Shown here in pieces: positions 1 to 10,611 of a DNA stretch of 64,000 nucleotides (the stretch's first letter is position 1; each line of letters begins with the position of its first letter). Location: NCBI GenBank assembly GCA_963704725.1, contig OY969934.1, positions 672,001 through 736,000 on the forward strand. Direction: 5' to 3'. Under the pieces are notes generated by a model. The model did no database searches. It was not told the origin of the DNA and saw only the letters and a program-made list of their open reading frames with translations. A program made the translations under genes and the position numbers. This DNA comes from an uncultured Actinomycetes bacterium. GTDB lineage: Bacteria > Actinomycetota > UBA4738 > HRBIN12.

Positions 1-567
1 TCCGCCCCCGACGAGGCGCTCGTCTACCTCGGCGTGACCACGGAAGCCTCCACCGCCGAACAGGCGATGGACCAGAACGCCGCGAAGATGAACGACGTGA
101 TCGACGCCCTCCTGGCGGCGGGCCTCGATCGCGCCGACCTCGCGACCTCCTCGATCAACCTGTACCCCCGCTGGGACGACTCGGGGCAGCACGTGAACGG
201 GTTCACGGCGGACAACCAGGTGACCGCGACCGTGCGCGACATGGGCAGGGTCGGCACGATCGTCGACCGGGCCGTCTCGGCCGGCGCCAACCTGGTGAAC
301 GGCATCACGTTCCAGCTCTCGGAGGGGAGCGAGGCGACCGATCAGGCGTTGACGGAGGCCGTCGCCGACGCCAAGCGAAAGGCCGAGGCCCTGGCCGCGG
401 CGGGCGGTGCCGAGCTCGGGGTCGTCGTGAGCATCACCGAGCAGTCGTCGTCGATCTCCCCGCCGGTCGTCTATGCCCGCGATGCGATGGCCACCTCCGC
501 CACGCCGGTGCTGCCTCCGACGCTCGAGTCGGGCGTGAGCGTCAGCGTCGTCTGGTCGCTGGCCTGA
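1..567 (+). CDS. SIMPL/DUF541 domain protein (5' end outside window)
   Basis: Frame open from base 1 (SAPDEALVYLGVT); 'IVDRAVSAGANLVNGITF' and 'AVADAKRKAEALA...LGVVVSITE' are typical of SIMPL proteins. Confidence 0.85.
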   Translation, partial: SAPDEALVYLGVTTEASTAEQAMDQNAAKMNDVIDALLAAGLDRADLATSSINLYPRWDDSGQHVNGFTADNQVTATVRDMGRVGTIVDRAVSAGANLVNGITFQLSEGSEATDQALTEAVADAKRKAEALAAAGGAELGVVVSITEQSSSISPPVVYARDAMATSATPVLPPTLESGVSVSVVWSLA

Positions 568-568
568 G

Positions 569-2188
569 TCAGGCGCCAGGGCGATAGCGGTTGGTGATCG
601 GCATCCGCCGGTCGCGGCCGAACGCCTTCGGCGTGATCTTGATCCCCGGGGCGGCCTGCCGCCGCTTGTACTCCGCGAGGTCGACCAGCGCGACCACGCG
701 CCGGACGATGTCGGCGTCGGCACCTCGCGCGACGAGCTCCTCCGGGGAGCGATCGTCCTCGACGTACGCCTCCACGATCGGGTCGAGGACGTCGTAGGGC
801 GGCAGGGAGTCGGTGTCCTTCTGATCGGGACGGAGCTCCGCGGACGGCGCCTTGGAGACCACGCGCTCGGGGATCGGCTCCACCGGCTCGCGGGCGTTGC
901 GCCACCGGACGAGCTCGTACACGAGCGTCTTGGGGACGTCCTTGATCGGCGCGAAGCCGCCGGCCATGTCTCCGTACAGCGTGGCGTAGCCGACGGCGTA
1001 CTCGCTCTTGTTGCCGGTGGCCAGCACGAGCGAGCCGAACCGGTTCGACATCGCCATCAGGATGTTGCCGCGGATCCGCGCCTGCATGTTCTCCTCGGCG
1101 ATCCCCGGCTCGGTGCCGCGGAACGGCGGCTCGAGAGCGTGCAGGAGCGCCTCGAAGGGCTCGTCGATGGGGACGGTGTCGAGCTCGATCCCCAGCCGCC
1201 GGGCGACTTCTGCCGCGTCCTCGAGGCTCTCCGGCGACGTGTAGCGCGAGGGCATCGTGAGCGCGCGAACGGCGTGCGAGCCGAGCGCGTCCACGGCCAG
1301 GACGGCGACGAGGGCCGAGTCCACCCCCCCGGACAGGCCAAGCACCACCTCGCGGAACCCGTTCTTGCGGACGTAGTCCTGCAGGCCGAGGACGAGCGCC
1401 CGGTACACCTCCTCCGGCTCCCGGGGCGGCGGTGGGCGCTCCTGGCCGGAGGACAGGTCGCCGTCGATGTCCACGATCAACAGGTCCTCGTCGAACGAGC
1501 GCGCGCGGTGGCGCAGGGTTCCGTCGGGCGCGACCACGATGCTGGCGCCGTCGAACACCAGCTCGTCCTGCCCCCCCACGGCGTTGACGTAGACGATCCA
1601 CGCCCCCGTCTCGAGCGCGCGGTCCCGGCAGATCTCGACCCGCTCCTCGGACTTCCCCCGGTGGTAGGGCGAGCCGTTGATGTTCAGGATCACCGGCGTG
1701 CGGCGCTCGGCGTATGCGTCGAACGGTGGCCCCGGCGTCCACGCGTCCTCGCAGATCGACAGGCCGAGCTCGGAGCCCGCGAGCCGGACGGGGCACTCGG
1801 TCTCGCCGGGCACGAAGGTCCGCCGTTCGTCGAACACGCCGTAGTTGGGCAGCTTCACCTTGTGGTATCGAGCGACGACGTCGCCGCCCGCCACGAGCGC
1901 GGCGGCGTTGTGGATCCCGAGATCGGATCGATCCACGAACCCCGTCAGGACGGAGCACCCCCCGGCGGTCTGCTGCGCCAGGCGCGAGAGCGCCTCCAGG
2001 TTGTCCTGCACGAAGGACGGGCGCAGCACGAGGTCCTCCGGCGGGTACCCCGTGATCGCGAGCTCCGGGAAGACGATCACGTCGGCGTCGGCCTCCGTCG
2101 CCCGCGCCGCCCACGCCGCCATCAGCTCCACGTTGCCGTCGAGGTCGCCGACGGTGGGATCGATCTGACCGAGCGCGACGCGCACCAT
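569..2188 (-). CDS. nadE: Glutamine-dependent NAD+ synthetase
   Basis: N-terminal CN-hydrolase (FPELAITGYPPED, KLPNYGVFDE, ICED) plus NAD synthase (GLSGGVDS, ENMQARIR, TGNKSE, GYATLYGD, PSAEL). Confidence 0.96.
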   Translation of the reverse strand: MVRVALGQIDPTVGDLDGNVELMAAWAARATEADADVIVFPELAITGYPPEDLVLRPSFVQDNLEALSRLAQQTAGGCSVLTGFVDRSDLGIHNAAALVAGGDVVARYHKVKLPNYGVFDERRTFVPGETECPVRLAGSELGLSICEDAWTPGPPFDAYAERRTPVILNINGSPYHRGKSEERVEICRDRALETGAWIVYVNAVGGQDELVFDGASIVVAPDGTLRHRARSFDEDLLIVDIDGDLSSGQERPPPPREPEEVYRALVLGLQDYVRKNGFREVVLGLSGGVDSALVAVLAVDALGSHAVRALTMPSRYTSPESLEDAAEVARRLGIELDTVPIDEPFEALLHALEPPFRGTEPGIAEENMQARIRGNILMAMSNRFGSLVLATGNKSEYAVGYATLYGDMAGGFAPIKDVPKTLVYELVRWRNAREPVEPIPERVVSKAPSAELRPDQKDTDSLPPYDVLDPIVEAYVEDDRSPEELVARGADADIVRRVVALVDLAEYKRRQAAPGIKITPKAFGRDRRMPITNRYRPGA

Positions 2189-2228
2189 CGGCGCTCAGCC
2201 TACCGGTGCGCGGCGCCGGGACGCCGAA

Positions 2229-2256
2229 CGGCCCGGGGCGCAAGGGCCCCGGGCCG
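2229..2256 (-). terminator. GC-rich hairpin downstream of the PhoX-like gene
   Basis: cggcccggggc-gcaagg-gccccgggccg 11-bp stem; no U-tract. Confidence 0.5.
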
Positions 2257-2283
2257 CGGCCTTGTCCCACGATGGTGGTCGGT

Positions 2284-3762
2284 CTACTTCCTCCAGCCGG
2301 TGATCTCGAACACGACCCCGAAGCCGGTGACGTTGTGCTGCGCGCTGACGAAGAACCGCTGCCCGGTGGCGTCGAAGACGCCGCCGGTCCACTCGGCGTT
2401 CAGATCGTTCTCCGTTGCGAACTTGATGCACCCGTCGGATTGCTGATCGGCGTCGGCCCCGTCCGGCAGGCAGGCGAACATGTCGTTGTTCTTCGGGGGT
2501 GTGAGCTCGGCTCCGTCCCCGTCCTCGAGGATGATCCAGTTGCCCCGTCCGGGCTGGTACGCGACGTTGTCCATCATCGCGAAGTCCGGCGTCCCGACCA
2601 CGAAGGGTTGGACCTCGGGCGCCACCGCGGGTGTGGCCGAACCGCCGTTCGAGACGGCGTCGGCGAGCGAGCCGTCGGTCACGCAGATCGTCTCGCCCCA
2701 CAGGTGGTCGCCCGTCTCGTTGCCCGTGTTGTTGGCGCACCACCGGACCTGCCCGTTCGCCAGGGCGGCCCCGTCGACGTCGATGTCCTCGGGCCGGTAG
2801 TACCCCGTCAGGCGGGTGTCGCCGGTGGTCGAGAGGGCGCGGAGGTCGAGCTCGGTGTCCGCGGCGCCCATGGCGATCCAGATCCCCATGCCGTAGTTGG
2901 TGCCCTGACCCCAGTCGGTGTTCCCGGACCGACGTCCCAGGCGGAGCCCGTAGACCGTCCCATGGGCCAGGGGCGACTGGGCGAGCTGCTCGGCCGGGGT
3001 GGCGCCTTCGAGGGAGGACGGGCACGAGGACGTCGTCGCGCAGGTCGGCACGAACTTGAAGTACGCGCCACCGATGTTGCCGCCGCCCGGGCGATCCTCG
3101 CCGCCGTAGTAGACGGGACCGTCGTCGTAGATCCCCAATCCCTCGTAGGAGAGGCGGCCGAGGAAGGGACGCACGGCGAACAGGTCCGCTCCCGCGCCGC
3201 CGCCGAACGTCCCGGTCGCCCGGTCAAGGACGACGTCCGTGGCCGCGAGCGGGTCGAGCAGCTCGTACACTCGGCCGCCGGCCGCGCCGCCCCCCGCCTC
3301 CTCGGCGAACACCAGCGTGCCCCACGGGGTCCGCCGGGTGGGGTCGCATCCAGAGGTCCCCGTGAGGATGGTCTCGACGGCGCCGGTCGCGATGTTGATC
3401 CGCTGGAGCCCCGGATCGGAGGTGCCCTGCTCGTTGCAGGCGATCAGCCACTGCGGGTCGGTGTCGTTCGGCCACAGCGTGATCATGTCGATGTTCGTCG
3501 CCGCGACGCCGCTCGTCACGACGCGGACGCGAAGGCCCTTGGCGACGGTGACGAGCGCGGCCGGGTCGGCGTTCGCGGTGGCGGCGTCGATCGACGCGGT
3601 CGACGAGGCGCCGAGCGGACCCGCCACGCCGAAGAGCGCCGTGGACTGCGCGCGCAGCGTGTTGTCGCGCTGGACCCCGAAGTCGATCGCGGCGAGCGCG
3701 CCGCCGGCGACCCCGAGCGCGATGGCCGCGAGCGCCGCGACGACGATGGTCACCTTCTTCAT
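2284..3762 (-). CDS. Secreted PhoX-like (DUF839) alkaline phosphatase family protein
   Basis: Signal peptide MKKVTIVV..., SD GGAAAGGAGG; motifs TPWGT..AEE, LGRLSYEG, RPEDI, DN, ED, EWTGGVF, FVSAQH. Confidence 0.75.
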   Translation of the reverse strand: MKKVTIVVAALAAIALGVAGGALAAIDFGVQRDNTLRAQSTALFGVAGPLGASSTASIDAATANADPAALVTVAKGLRVRVVTSGVAATNIDMITLWPNDTDPQWLIACNEQGTSDPGLQRINIATGAVETILTGTSGCDPTRRTPWGTLVFAEEAGGGAAGGRVYELLDPLAATDVVLDRATGTFGGGAGADLFAVRPFLGRLSYEGLGIYDDGPVYYGGEDRPGGGNIGGAYFKFVPTCATTSSCPSSLEGATPAEQLAQSPLAHGTVYGLRLGRRSGNTDWGQGTNYGMGIWIAMGAADTELDLRALSTTGDTRLTGYYRPEDIDVDGAALANGQVRWCANNTGNETGDHLWGETICVTDGSLADAVSNGGSATPAVAPEVQPFVVGTPDFAMMDNVAYQPGRGNWIILEDGDGAELTPPKNNDMFACLPDGADADQQSDGCIKFATENDLNAEWTGGVFDATGQRFFVSAQHNVTGFGVVFEITGWRK

Positions 3763-3891
3763 CCGCACCCTCCTTTCCCTCCGACGCGACGCCCCGTGGA
3801 GGCGTCGCTGGGTGCGGCCGCAGTTCTAGGGGGTGAACGTGTCCGGAACGCGGATGAGGATGTGGCCGTCGCGTGAAGGCTCTGGCCGGGG

Positions 3892-4374
3892 CTACTCGAT
3901 GCCGCCGATGTCCAGGTTGTAGGCCTCCCACACGAGATCGGCGCCGAGCTGCCGATGCCGCACGAGGCGCCCCAGGAGGCGCTGGAGGTCGTCGCGGGCG
4001 TCGGCGACCGGCCAGGCGTCGCCGACCGGAGCCGTCTCGAACCGAGCGATCAGGTCCTCGGCGGCCTGGCGCATCTCGGGGTGTTCCTCGCGGAGGAGCT
4101 GGATCTTCCCGGCAAGGCGCGGCGCCTTCGCGCTGATCTCGTCGTACAGGCCCTCGGTCCGCTCCGTGACCTCGATGTGCTCCCCGATCGCGTGATCGAG
4201 GTCCTGGAGGCTCCGGACCACGTCCTTGGACCAGTCGGGCTCGCGACCCACCGCGGGACGGGAGATCGCCCGCTCCACGGCGACCAGCGCGGTGTGCAGA
4301 TCGGCACGGCGGCGGGCGGTCTCGGCGAGCGTGGGTGACATCTCGGTCTGCGCCAGCTCGTCGTGCTCGGTCAT
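3892..4374 (-). CDS. Hemerythrin-like helical protein
   Basis: HIEVTE...LREEH...HRQ pattern and C-terminal LVWEAYNLDIGG; SD GAGGAGG. Confidence 0.65.
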   Translation of the reverse strand: MTEHDELAQTEMSPTLAETARRRADLHTALVAVERAISRPAVGREPDWSKDVVRSLQDLDHAIGEHIEVTERTEGLYDEISAKAPRLAGKIQLLREEHPEMRQAAEDLIARFETAPVGDAWPVADARDDLQRLLGRLVRHRQLGADLVWEAYNLDIGGIE

Positions 4375-4438
4375 GGGGCCTCCTCGTACGCGGCTCGCCG
4401 AAGCTCGAAGGGTATCCCAAGCGCGGCCCGAGTGCGGA

Positions 4439-7400
4439 TCAGCTCACCGGCGCGAGCTCGGCCAGCCGTCGCCGCGCGAGATCGGCGGACACGGTGTTGC
4501 CCTTCGAAGCGAACGACGCCTCGGCGTCGCGCAGCGCGGTGCGCGCCGCCTCCAGCTTCCCTGCCGCCTGGCACACCTCGCTGAGATCCATCAGCGCGTT
4601 CCCCACGTCCTGCGTGTTGTCGGTTCCCTCGATGAGACGGACCGCCTCCCGGGCAAGGGTCTCGGCTTCCTCCAGTCGTCCTCGCCGCGCAAGCACCTTG
4701 CCCCGCACCGAGCGCCACGCGGACTGGGAAGCGACGTCTTGATCGGCGGCGATCGACTCACTCTCGATCGTGAGGGTCTCGGCCTCGTCGTCCCGGCCCT
4801 GCCGGTACAGGGCCTCGGCCAGCAGGGCGGCCGTGGTGGGGAGGTAGTCGCGCTCGCCCATCGCCCGCAGCACCTCCAGGTCGCGGCGCAGCTCGGCCTC
4901 CGCGGCGAGCGGGTCGCCGGCGAGCATCTCGATCGCGCCCGAGTCGATCGAGGTGAGCGCGGCGTGGAATCGCCACCCGAGCTCCTCGAGCATCGCTCGG
5001 CTCGTGCGATACCCCTCCCTGGCCTCGTCGAATCGACCCTGCATCGCGGTGAGGTGGGCGAGCACGCACAGGAGGATCGCCTCGGTCCGGCGATCGGTAC
5101 GGGCCTTGGCGAGGAGCTCTCGGCAGCGCGCCTCCGCCGTGTCGACGGGCGTCGGGCCGTACAGGACGCAGGATCCGATCGACGGCAGGAAGCGCGCCTC
5201 CAGCGTGGGATCGCCGGCTCGGCGGGCGTGCTCGATCATCCGGTCGGCCGCCTGCTCGGCCGCCCCGTAGTGCCCCCTCGTGAAATTGAGCTGCAGCAGC
5301 AGGCGCCACGCGCGGGCCAGGCCCTCGTCGTCGCCGAGCACCTCGAGCAGTGGGATCGCGCGCTCCACCTCCTCGAGCACGATCGCCTCGGTCGCCTCGG
5401 GGTCCGACGTGAACCGGAGGCGGAGGTGCGACAGGCGCGCACGCATCTCGACACGCCGGTCGCCGAGACCCGCCGCGAGCCGGGTCGCGTCCGAGAGCGC
5501 GGTCTCGGCGGCCGCGAACTCGCCGAGCTCGATGAGCGCGTCACCGGCCAGCAGGCCGAGGCCGGGGCGCTCCGGATCGTCCGAGGACCGCAACCAGGTG
5601 GCGCGCTGCAGGAGCGCCGCCGCCGCCGGCATGTCCCCCCGAGCGAGGGCCCGCCGCCCCGCCGACGCCAGGTACCGGGAGCCGCGGTCGCCGAGCTCGC
5701 GGACGTGCGCGTCCACGGGGCCGAGCTGGACGAGGATCACGTACGCGGCCTCGAGGTGGTAGCCGCGGATCTCCTCGTACTCGGTGGCGCGCTCGGCGGC
5801 GACCCGCTCCAGCCAGTCGACGAACCGCTCGTGCAGCTCAGCCCGGGTGCGCTTGAGCAGGCCGTGATACGCCGCGTCGCGGATCAGGATGTGGACGAAC
5901 CGGTGCGCCTCGTGACCGGCCAGCCGCGTGGTGGCGTCGGGGCGGACGAGATCCTTGCCGGCGAGCGACTCGAGGCTCGCCTCGACGGTCGGGGCGAGGC
6001 CCTCCGGCACGAGCTCCTCGACGGCGGCGCGGAAGAAGACCTGCCCGATCACGGATCCGCGCTCGAGCGCGGGGCGCTCGGCGGGGCTCAGGCGGTCGAG
6101 CCGGGCCGCCAGCAGGGCCGAGATCGTGGGCGGGATCGCCACGTCGCCGAGGTCCGACGTCGCCACCCACGAGCCGCCGCCGTCCTGTTGGCGCAGGACG
6201 CCGTCGTCGATCATCATCGAGAGCATCTGCTCGACGAACAGCGGGTTGCCCTCTGCCGCGGCCGTGATGCGGGAGCGCACCGACTGGTCCAGAGAGGAAC
6301 CGAGCAGGTTCTCGAGCACGAGCGAGCTCTCGGCCTCGGTGAGCGGCTCGAGCGTCACGGCCCGCACGTCGTCGGTCTCCTCACCCCACTCGGGGTGCTC
6401 CTCCAGCAGCTCCTTGCGCGAGGAGCACACGAGCAGGATCGGCGCCTCGGCCGCGTCGGCCAGGTAGCGAAGGAGATCGAGGAACGTCCCCTCGGCCCAG
6501 TGGATGTCGTCGACCATCACGACGAGCGGCCGCTCGAACGCCAGCGCCTCGAGCAGCGTCCGCGCGGCCGCGAACAGCTCGGCCACGGGGAACGCGGCGT
6601 CGTTCAGACCGATCGCGGCTCCCAGGCGTTCGGCCACGGGGCCGTTCCCGGCCAGGGTGGCGAGCTTGGCCACCGCGACCTCGCGCGGGTCGTCCTCGTC
6701 GATCGCTGCGGCGTCGCGGATCACCTCGGCCAGCGGCCAGAACGTGATGCCGTCCCCGTACGGGAGACACCGTCCGTGAAGGGGCCGGACCGTTCCGTCC
6801 GCCCGGGCTAGCAGCTCGCGCAGGAGCCGGGACTTGCCGACCCCCGCCGGGCCCAGGACCGTGACGACCTGCGCGCGGCGCAGCTCGATCGCGCGGTCCA
6901 GCGCCTGGGTGAGGACGGCGAGCTCGTGCTCTCGGCCGACCATCGGCGCGTCGAGCCGGCGGGCGACCCCTTCGTCCAGGCGCACCGAGAGGATGCGATA
7001 GGCGGCGACTCGCTCCGCCTTCCCCTTGAGCTCGAGCGGCTCGACGGCCTCGGCCTCGACGGCGTCGCGGACGAGTCGGTAGGTCGGCTCGCCGATCAGG
7101 ACCTCGTTCGTGGGCGCCGCCTGCTCGAGCCGGGCCGCCGTGTTGACGGTGTCGCCCGTGACGAGCCGCTGTCCCGACGACACATCGCCGGCGACGACCT
7201 CTCCGGTGTTCACGCCGGTGCGGTTCTCCAGATGCACCCCCCACCGCGATCCGAGGCGCTCGTTGAGCGCGACGAGCGCCTGCTGCATCTCGACGGCGGC
7301 CCGGACGGCGCGCAGCGCATCGTCCTCGTGCAGCCGGGGGAGACCGAAGACGGCCATGATCGCGTCCCCGATGTACTTCTCGACGCTGCCGCCGTGACGG

Positions 7401-7627
7401 ACGAGGACGCCGCGCATCTCGTTGAAGTACTCGTTCAGCACCTCGCGAAGCGACTCGGTGTCGAGCGCCTCGCCCAGGCTGGTCGAGCCCTTCAGGTCGC
7501 AGAACACGATCGAGACGGTCTTGCGGACCTCCTGTGCCACGGTCTCCGGGACGAGCTGCGCCCCGCAGAACCCGCAGAGACGGAAGCGATCGGGGTTCTC
7601 CTCGCCGCACGCGGGGCACAGCTGCAT
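4439..7627 (-). CDS. Adenylate/guanylate cyclase - STAND AAA ATPase - TPR protein with N-terminal zinc ribbon
   Basis: CPACG..CGFCG; FCDLKGST, KYIGD, VNTAAR cyclase motifs; Walker A GPAGVGKS; DDIHWA; GNPLF. Confidence 0.9.
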   Translation of the reverse strand: MQLCPACGEENPDRFRLCGFCGAQLVPETVAQEVRKTVSIVFCDLKGSTSLGEALDTESLREVLNEYFNEMRGVLVRHGGSVEKYIGDAIMAVFGLPRLHEDDALRAVRAAVEMQQALVALNERLGSRWGVHLENRTGVNTGEVVAGDVSSGQRLVTGDTVNTAARLEQAAPTNEVLIGEPTYRLVRDAVEAEAVEPLELKGKAERVAAYRILSVRLDEGVARRLDAPMVGREHELAVLTQALDRAIELRRAQVVTVLGPAGVGKSRLLRELLARADGTVRPLHGRCLPYGDGITFWPLAEVIRDAAAIDEDDPREVAVAKLATLAGNGPVAERLGAAIGLNDAAFPVAELFAAARTLLEALAFERPLVVMVDDIHWAEGTFLDLLRYLADAAEAPILLVCSSRKELLEEHPEWGEETDDVRAVTLEPLTEAESSLVLENLLGSSLDQSVRSRITAAAEGNPLFVEQMLSMMIDDGVLRQQDGGGSWVATSDLGDVAIPPTISALLAARLDRLSPAERPALERGSVIGQVFFRAAVEELVPEGLAPTVEASLESLAGKDLVRPDATTRLAGHEAHRFVHILIRDAAYHGLLKRTRAELHERFVDWLERVAAERATEYEEIRGYHLEAAYVILVQLGPVDAHVRELGDRGSRYLASAGRRALARGDMPAAAALLQRATWLRSSDDPERPGLGLLAGDALIELGEFAAAETALSDATRLAAGLGDRRVEMRARLSHLRLRFTSDPEATEAIVLEEVERAIPLLEVLGDDEGLARAWRLLLQLNFTRGHYGAAEQAADRMIEHARRAGDPTLEARFLPSIGSCVLYGPTPVDTAEARCRELLAKARTDRRTEAILLCVLAHLTAMQGRFDEAREGYRTSRAMLEELGWRFHAALTSIDSGAIEMLAGDPLAAEAELRRDLEVLRAMGERDYLPTTAALLAEALYRQGRDDEAETLTIESESIAADQDVASQSAWRSVRGKVLARRGRLEEAETLAREAVRLIEGTDNTQDVGNALMDLSEVCQAAGKLEAARTALRDAEASFASKGNTVSADLARRRLAELAPVS

Positions 7628-7693
7628 GGGGCGGAGTGTACGCCGGGGGTGCGGGCGGTTCGATGCGTTCCCGCAGGTCGCGGAGCCGAACGA

Positions 7694-9022
7694 CTAGGTG
7701 CGGCCCTTCGTGGCCCCCGGCGGCGCGAGGAAGATGACGATGTGGTCCCCGGTGCGCTTGTCGATCCGCGTCCGCCGCTGGCACGGTGGAACGGCCCCCG
7801 GGGTCTTCACCGGGCACTGCGGCAGGACGCCGACGTTGGTGAGGACGCCGTCGCGGTCGACGAAAGCGAGCGCCGAGCCGTAACAGACGCGGTCCTGGCT
7901 CCGCGGCCGGAGATCCAGCGCCGCGGGGACCCTGATCCGCACCACGCGGATGCTGTTCCCCGTCACGGTGAACGTCACGACCGGGGTGCCGTCGAGCGGC
8001 AGGTAGCCGGGGCACTCGAGCTCCTCGACGTCGAGCGCGATCGTGATGACGTCGCCGGGCTCGGCGTCCGGTGCCGTCACCGTCACGATGGTTCCGTCCG
8101 AGGTCGCGGAGCCCTCGCACCCCGGTCCCTCGCACACGGTCCCGCCATTCAGCACGTCGAAGGGCTCTGAGGTCACGGGCGTGATGCCGGAACCGCTCGT
8201 GGCGGTGATCCGGTAGCCGAGGCCCTGGGGTGAGATCGAGAACCCATCGCCGTGGTCGGCGTCGAAGACGGCCAGCCCATCCACCGCGTTGACGGTCGGA
8301 ACGGCCGGGGTGAGCGCGGCCCCGACGACGCCCGCGGGAGGCACCAGGGACAGCGAGATCGGGTCCGTCGAGGTGGTCACCCTCGATCCCCCCGGACCGT
8401 CGAGCACCTCGACGGCGACCGCGGTCCCGGCCGGGTCCAGCGCGTCGCCCGTGACGTTGGCGCCGAGCTGTGCCCCGGCGGGCGGCACGCTGAAGTGCAG
8501 CGCCAGCTCGCACGTCCCGACGAACACGTCGACGTGGCTGGTCGCGGCGGCGAACCGGAACTGCTCGGTTCCGGAGAAGTCGCGGGTGGGCTTGGCCTGG
8601 ATCCGGCCGGCACCGAGCTTGGCCGGGTCGTGCCAGCTGTAGACGGCCGCGCCCGGCGTGCTCGCCTGGAACGCGACGGATGCCGAGCCTCCGGGGGCCA
8701 CGGCGAGATTCCGGAGCTGGAGGATGCCGGAGAGGATGGCCGCGCTTCCCGCGGCCGGCGGCGTGACGATCGCGGTGATCGTGAACCCCGTGGGAGGCGT
8801 GATGTTCGCAGAGCGGAGCGACTGGATGGACGAGTCGTTGCGCAGCGTGGCCGTGAACGTCACCGACGAGCTCGCGGCGGCGCAGGAGGGCAGCACGTCG
8901 GCCGAGAACGGCTGCGACGGGGTCGCGGTCGCCGCCGGGCCGAGCGCGGCGGCGACGATCGCCGTGACGAGGAGCAACGGACGAGCCAGAGCGGAACGAC
9001 GGCGCGCGTCGTGAATCGTCAT
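7694..9022 (-). CDS. Secreted beta-rich hypothetical protein with paired cysteines
   Basis: Signal-like N-terminus (RRRSALARPLLLVTAIVAAAL), Ig-like beta composition, no recognised family; start uncertain. Confidence 0.6.
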   Translation of the reverse strand: MTIHDARRRSALARPLLLVTAIVAAALGPAATATPSQPFSADVLPSCAAASSSVTFTATLRNDSSIQSLRSANITPPTGFTITAIVTPPAAGSAAILSGILQLRNLAVAPGGSASVAFQASTPGAAVYSWHDPAKLGAGRIQAKPTRDFSGTEQFRFAAATSHVDVFVGTCELALHFSVPPAGAQLGANVTGDALDPAGTAVAVEVLDGPGGSRVTTSTDPISLSLVPPAGVVGAALTPAVPTVNAVDGLAVFDADHGDGFSISPQGLGYRITATSGSGITPVTSEPFDVLNGGTVCEGPGCEGSATSDGTIVTVTAPDAEPGDVITIALDVEELECPGYLPLDGTPVVTFTVTGNSIRVVRIRVPAALDLRPRSQDRVCYGSALAFVDRDGVLTNVGVLPQCPVKTPGAVPPCQRRTRIDKRTGDHIVIFLAPPGATKGRT

Positions 9023-9167
9023 CGGATCCGGTTCCCCTCCACCCGAGCGTTGCTTCGAGGCGCGACCGTATGGCCGCCTCGACCGGGATGTCAAGACGGG
9101 AACTCCCCCCGCCGCCCGGTAGGAGCGTGCGGTGGTGGCACCTCCGTCCCGCGTGCCCGAGCGCAGG

Positions 9168-10496
9168 TCACAGGATCGGCAGGTAGCGCTCGAGCTCGTA
9201 CGGAGTCACGTACGCCTTGTACGCATCCCACTCCTCGCGCTTGTTCCGGATCAGGAACTCGTGGACGTGGTCGCCGAGCGCCCGGCGAAGGACCTTCGAC
9301 TCGCCGGCCAGGCCGATCGCCTCGTGCAGGTCCGCGGGGAGCGAGCGGATCCCGGCGGCCCGGCGCTCGTCCTCGGTCATCTCGTAGATGTTGTTCGAGG
9401 CCTCGGGCGGCAGTTCCAGCTCCTGCTCGATCCCGTCGAGCCCGGCCGCGAGCATCGTCGCGAACGCCAGGTAGGGGTTGCAGGCCGGGTCCGGAGACCG
9501 GTATTCGATGCGCGTCGCCTCCTCGTTGCCCGGCTTGTACTGCGGGACCCGCACCAACGCCGACCGGTTCCGCCGCGCCCAGCACACGTAGACCGGTGCC
9601 TCGTACCCCGGGACGAGCCGCTTGTACGAGTTCACCCACTGGTTGGTGACGAGCGTGAGCTCCCGGGCGTGGCCGAGGACGCCGGCGATGTAGCCCTTGG
9701 CCGTCTTGGACAGGTGATACTCGTCGCTCGCGTCGAAGAACGCGTTGCGATCCCCCGCGAACAGGGACTGATGGACGTGCATGCCGCTGCCGTTCACGCC
9801 CATCACCGGCTTGGGCATGAAGGTCGCGTAGATCCCGAACTCCTGGGCGACCTCCTTCACCGTGAGCCGGTACGTCATCACGTTGTCCGCCATCGTGAGC
9901 GCATCCGCGTAGCGCAGGTCGATCTCGTGCTGGCTTGGCGCCACCTCGTGGTGGACGTACTCCACCGGGATGCCCATCGACTCGAGATACGCGACCGTGC
10001 GCTTGCGCCAGTCGGTGGCCACGTCCAGCGGCGTCTCGTCGAAGTACCCGCCCTGGTCGAGGAACGAGGGATCGCTGGCGCTCGTGAAGTAGAAGTACTC
10101 GAGCTCGGGGCCCACGTAGAACGTGAATCCGAGGTCCGAGGCGCGCGCGAGCTGACGCTTCAGCACGTACCGCGGGTCGCCCTCGAACGGGGTACCGTCG
10201 GGGTTGAGGACGTCGCAGAACATCCGGGCGACCTGTGCCTCGGTCTGCCACGGGATCAGCTGGAAGGTGGAGGGGTCGGGGACCGCCACCATGTCGGACT
10301 CCTGGATCCGGCTGAACCCGTCGATCGACGAGCCGTCGAACCCCATGCCCTCGGTGAGCGCGCCCTCGAGCTCCTGCGACGTGATCGTGAACGACTTCAG
10401 GAACCCGAGGACGTCGGTGAACCACAGTCGGATGTAGCGGATGCCACGCTCCTCGATCGTGCGCAGCACGAACTCGGCTTCGTTGGAAAGGGACAT
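9168..10496 (-). CDS. glnA2: Glutamine synthetase family protein, GSI-alpha/GlnA2 type
   Basis: [50 protein letters not shown]; lacks the GSI-beta insertion. Confidence 0.9.
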   Translation of the reverse strand: MSLSNEAEFVLRTIEERGIRYIRLWFTDVLGFLKSFTITSQELEGALTEGMGFDGSSIDGFSRIQESDMVAVPDPSTFQLIPWQTEAQVARMFCDVLNPDGTPFEGDPRYVLKRQLARASDLGFTFYVGPELEYFYFTSASDPSFLDQGGYFDETPLDVATDWRKRTVAYLESMGIPVEYVHHEVAPSQHEIDLRYADALTMADNVMTYRLTVKEVAQEFGIYATFMPKPVMGVNGSGMHVHQSLFAGDRNAFFDASDEYHLSKTAKGYIAGVLGHARELTLVTNQWVNSYKRLVPGYEAPVYVCWARRNRSALVRVPQYKPGNEEATRIEYRSPDPACNPYLAFATMLAAGLDGIEQELELPPEASNNIYEMTEDERRAAGIRSLPADLHEAIGLAGESKVLRRALGDHVHEFLIRNKREEWDAYKAYVTPYELERYLPIL

Positions 10497-10528
10497 GCCG
10501 CGAGCGTACTTCGGCGTGCGGAGCCTTC

Positions 10529-10545
10529 GTTACGCGTCCGTTAAC
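10529..10545 (-). promoter_or_regulatory. GlnR-box-like site upstream of glnA2
   Basis: Minus strand GTTAAC-GGACGC-GTAAC fits gTnAc-n6-GaAAc; TACGCT -10 lies 6 nt before the ATG. Confidence 0.7.
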
Positions 10546-10611
10546 TTCCGCCGGGTGCCGGGGCCAGGCGCACGATACTGACGTCGTGGACCCCTCGATC
10601 CCGGTGGCGCG

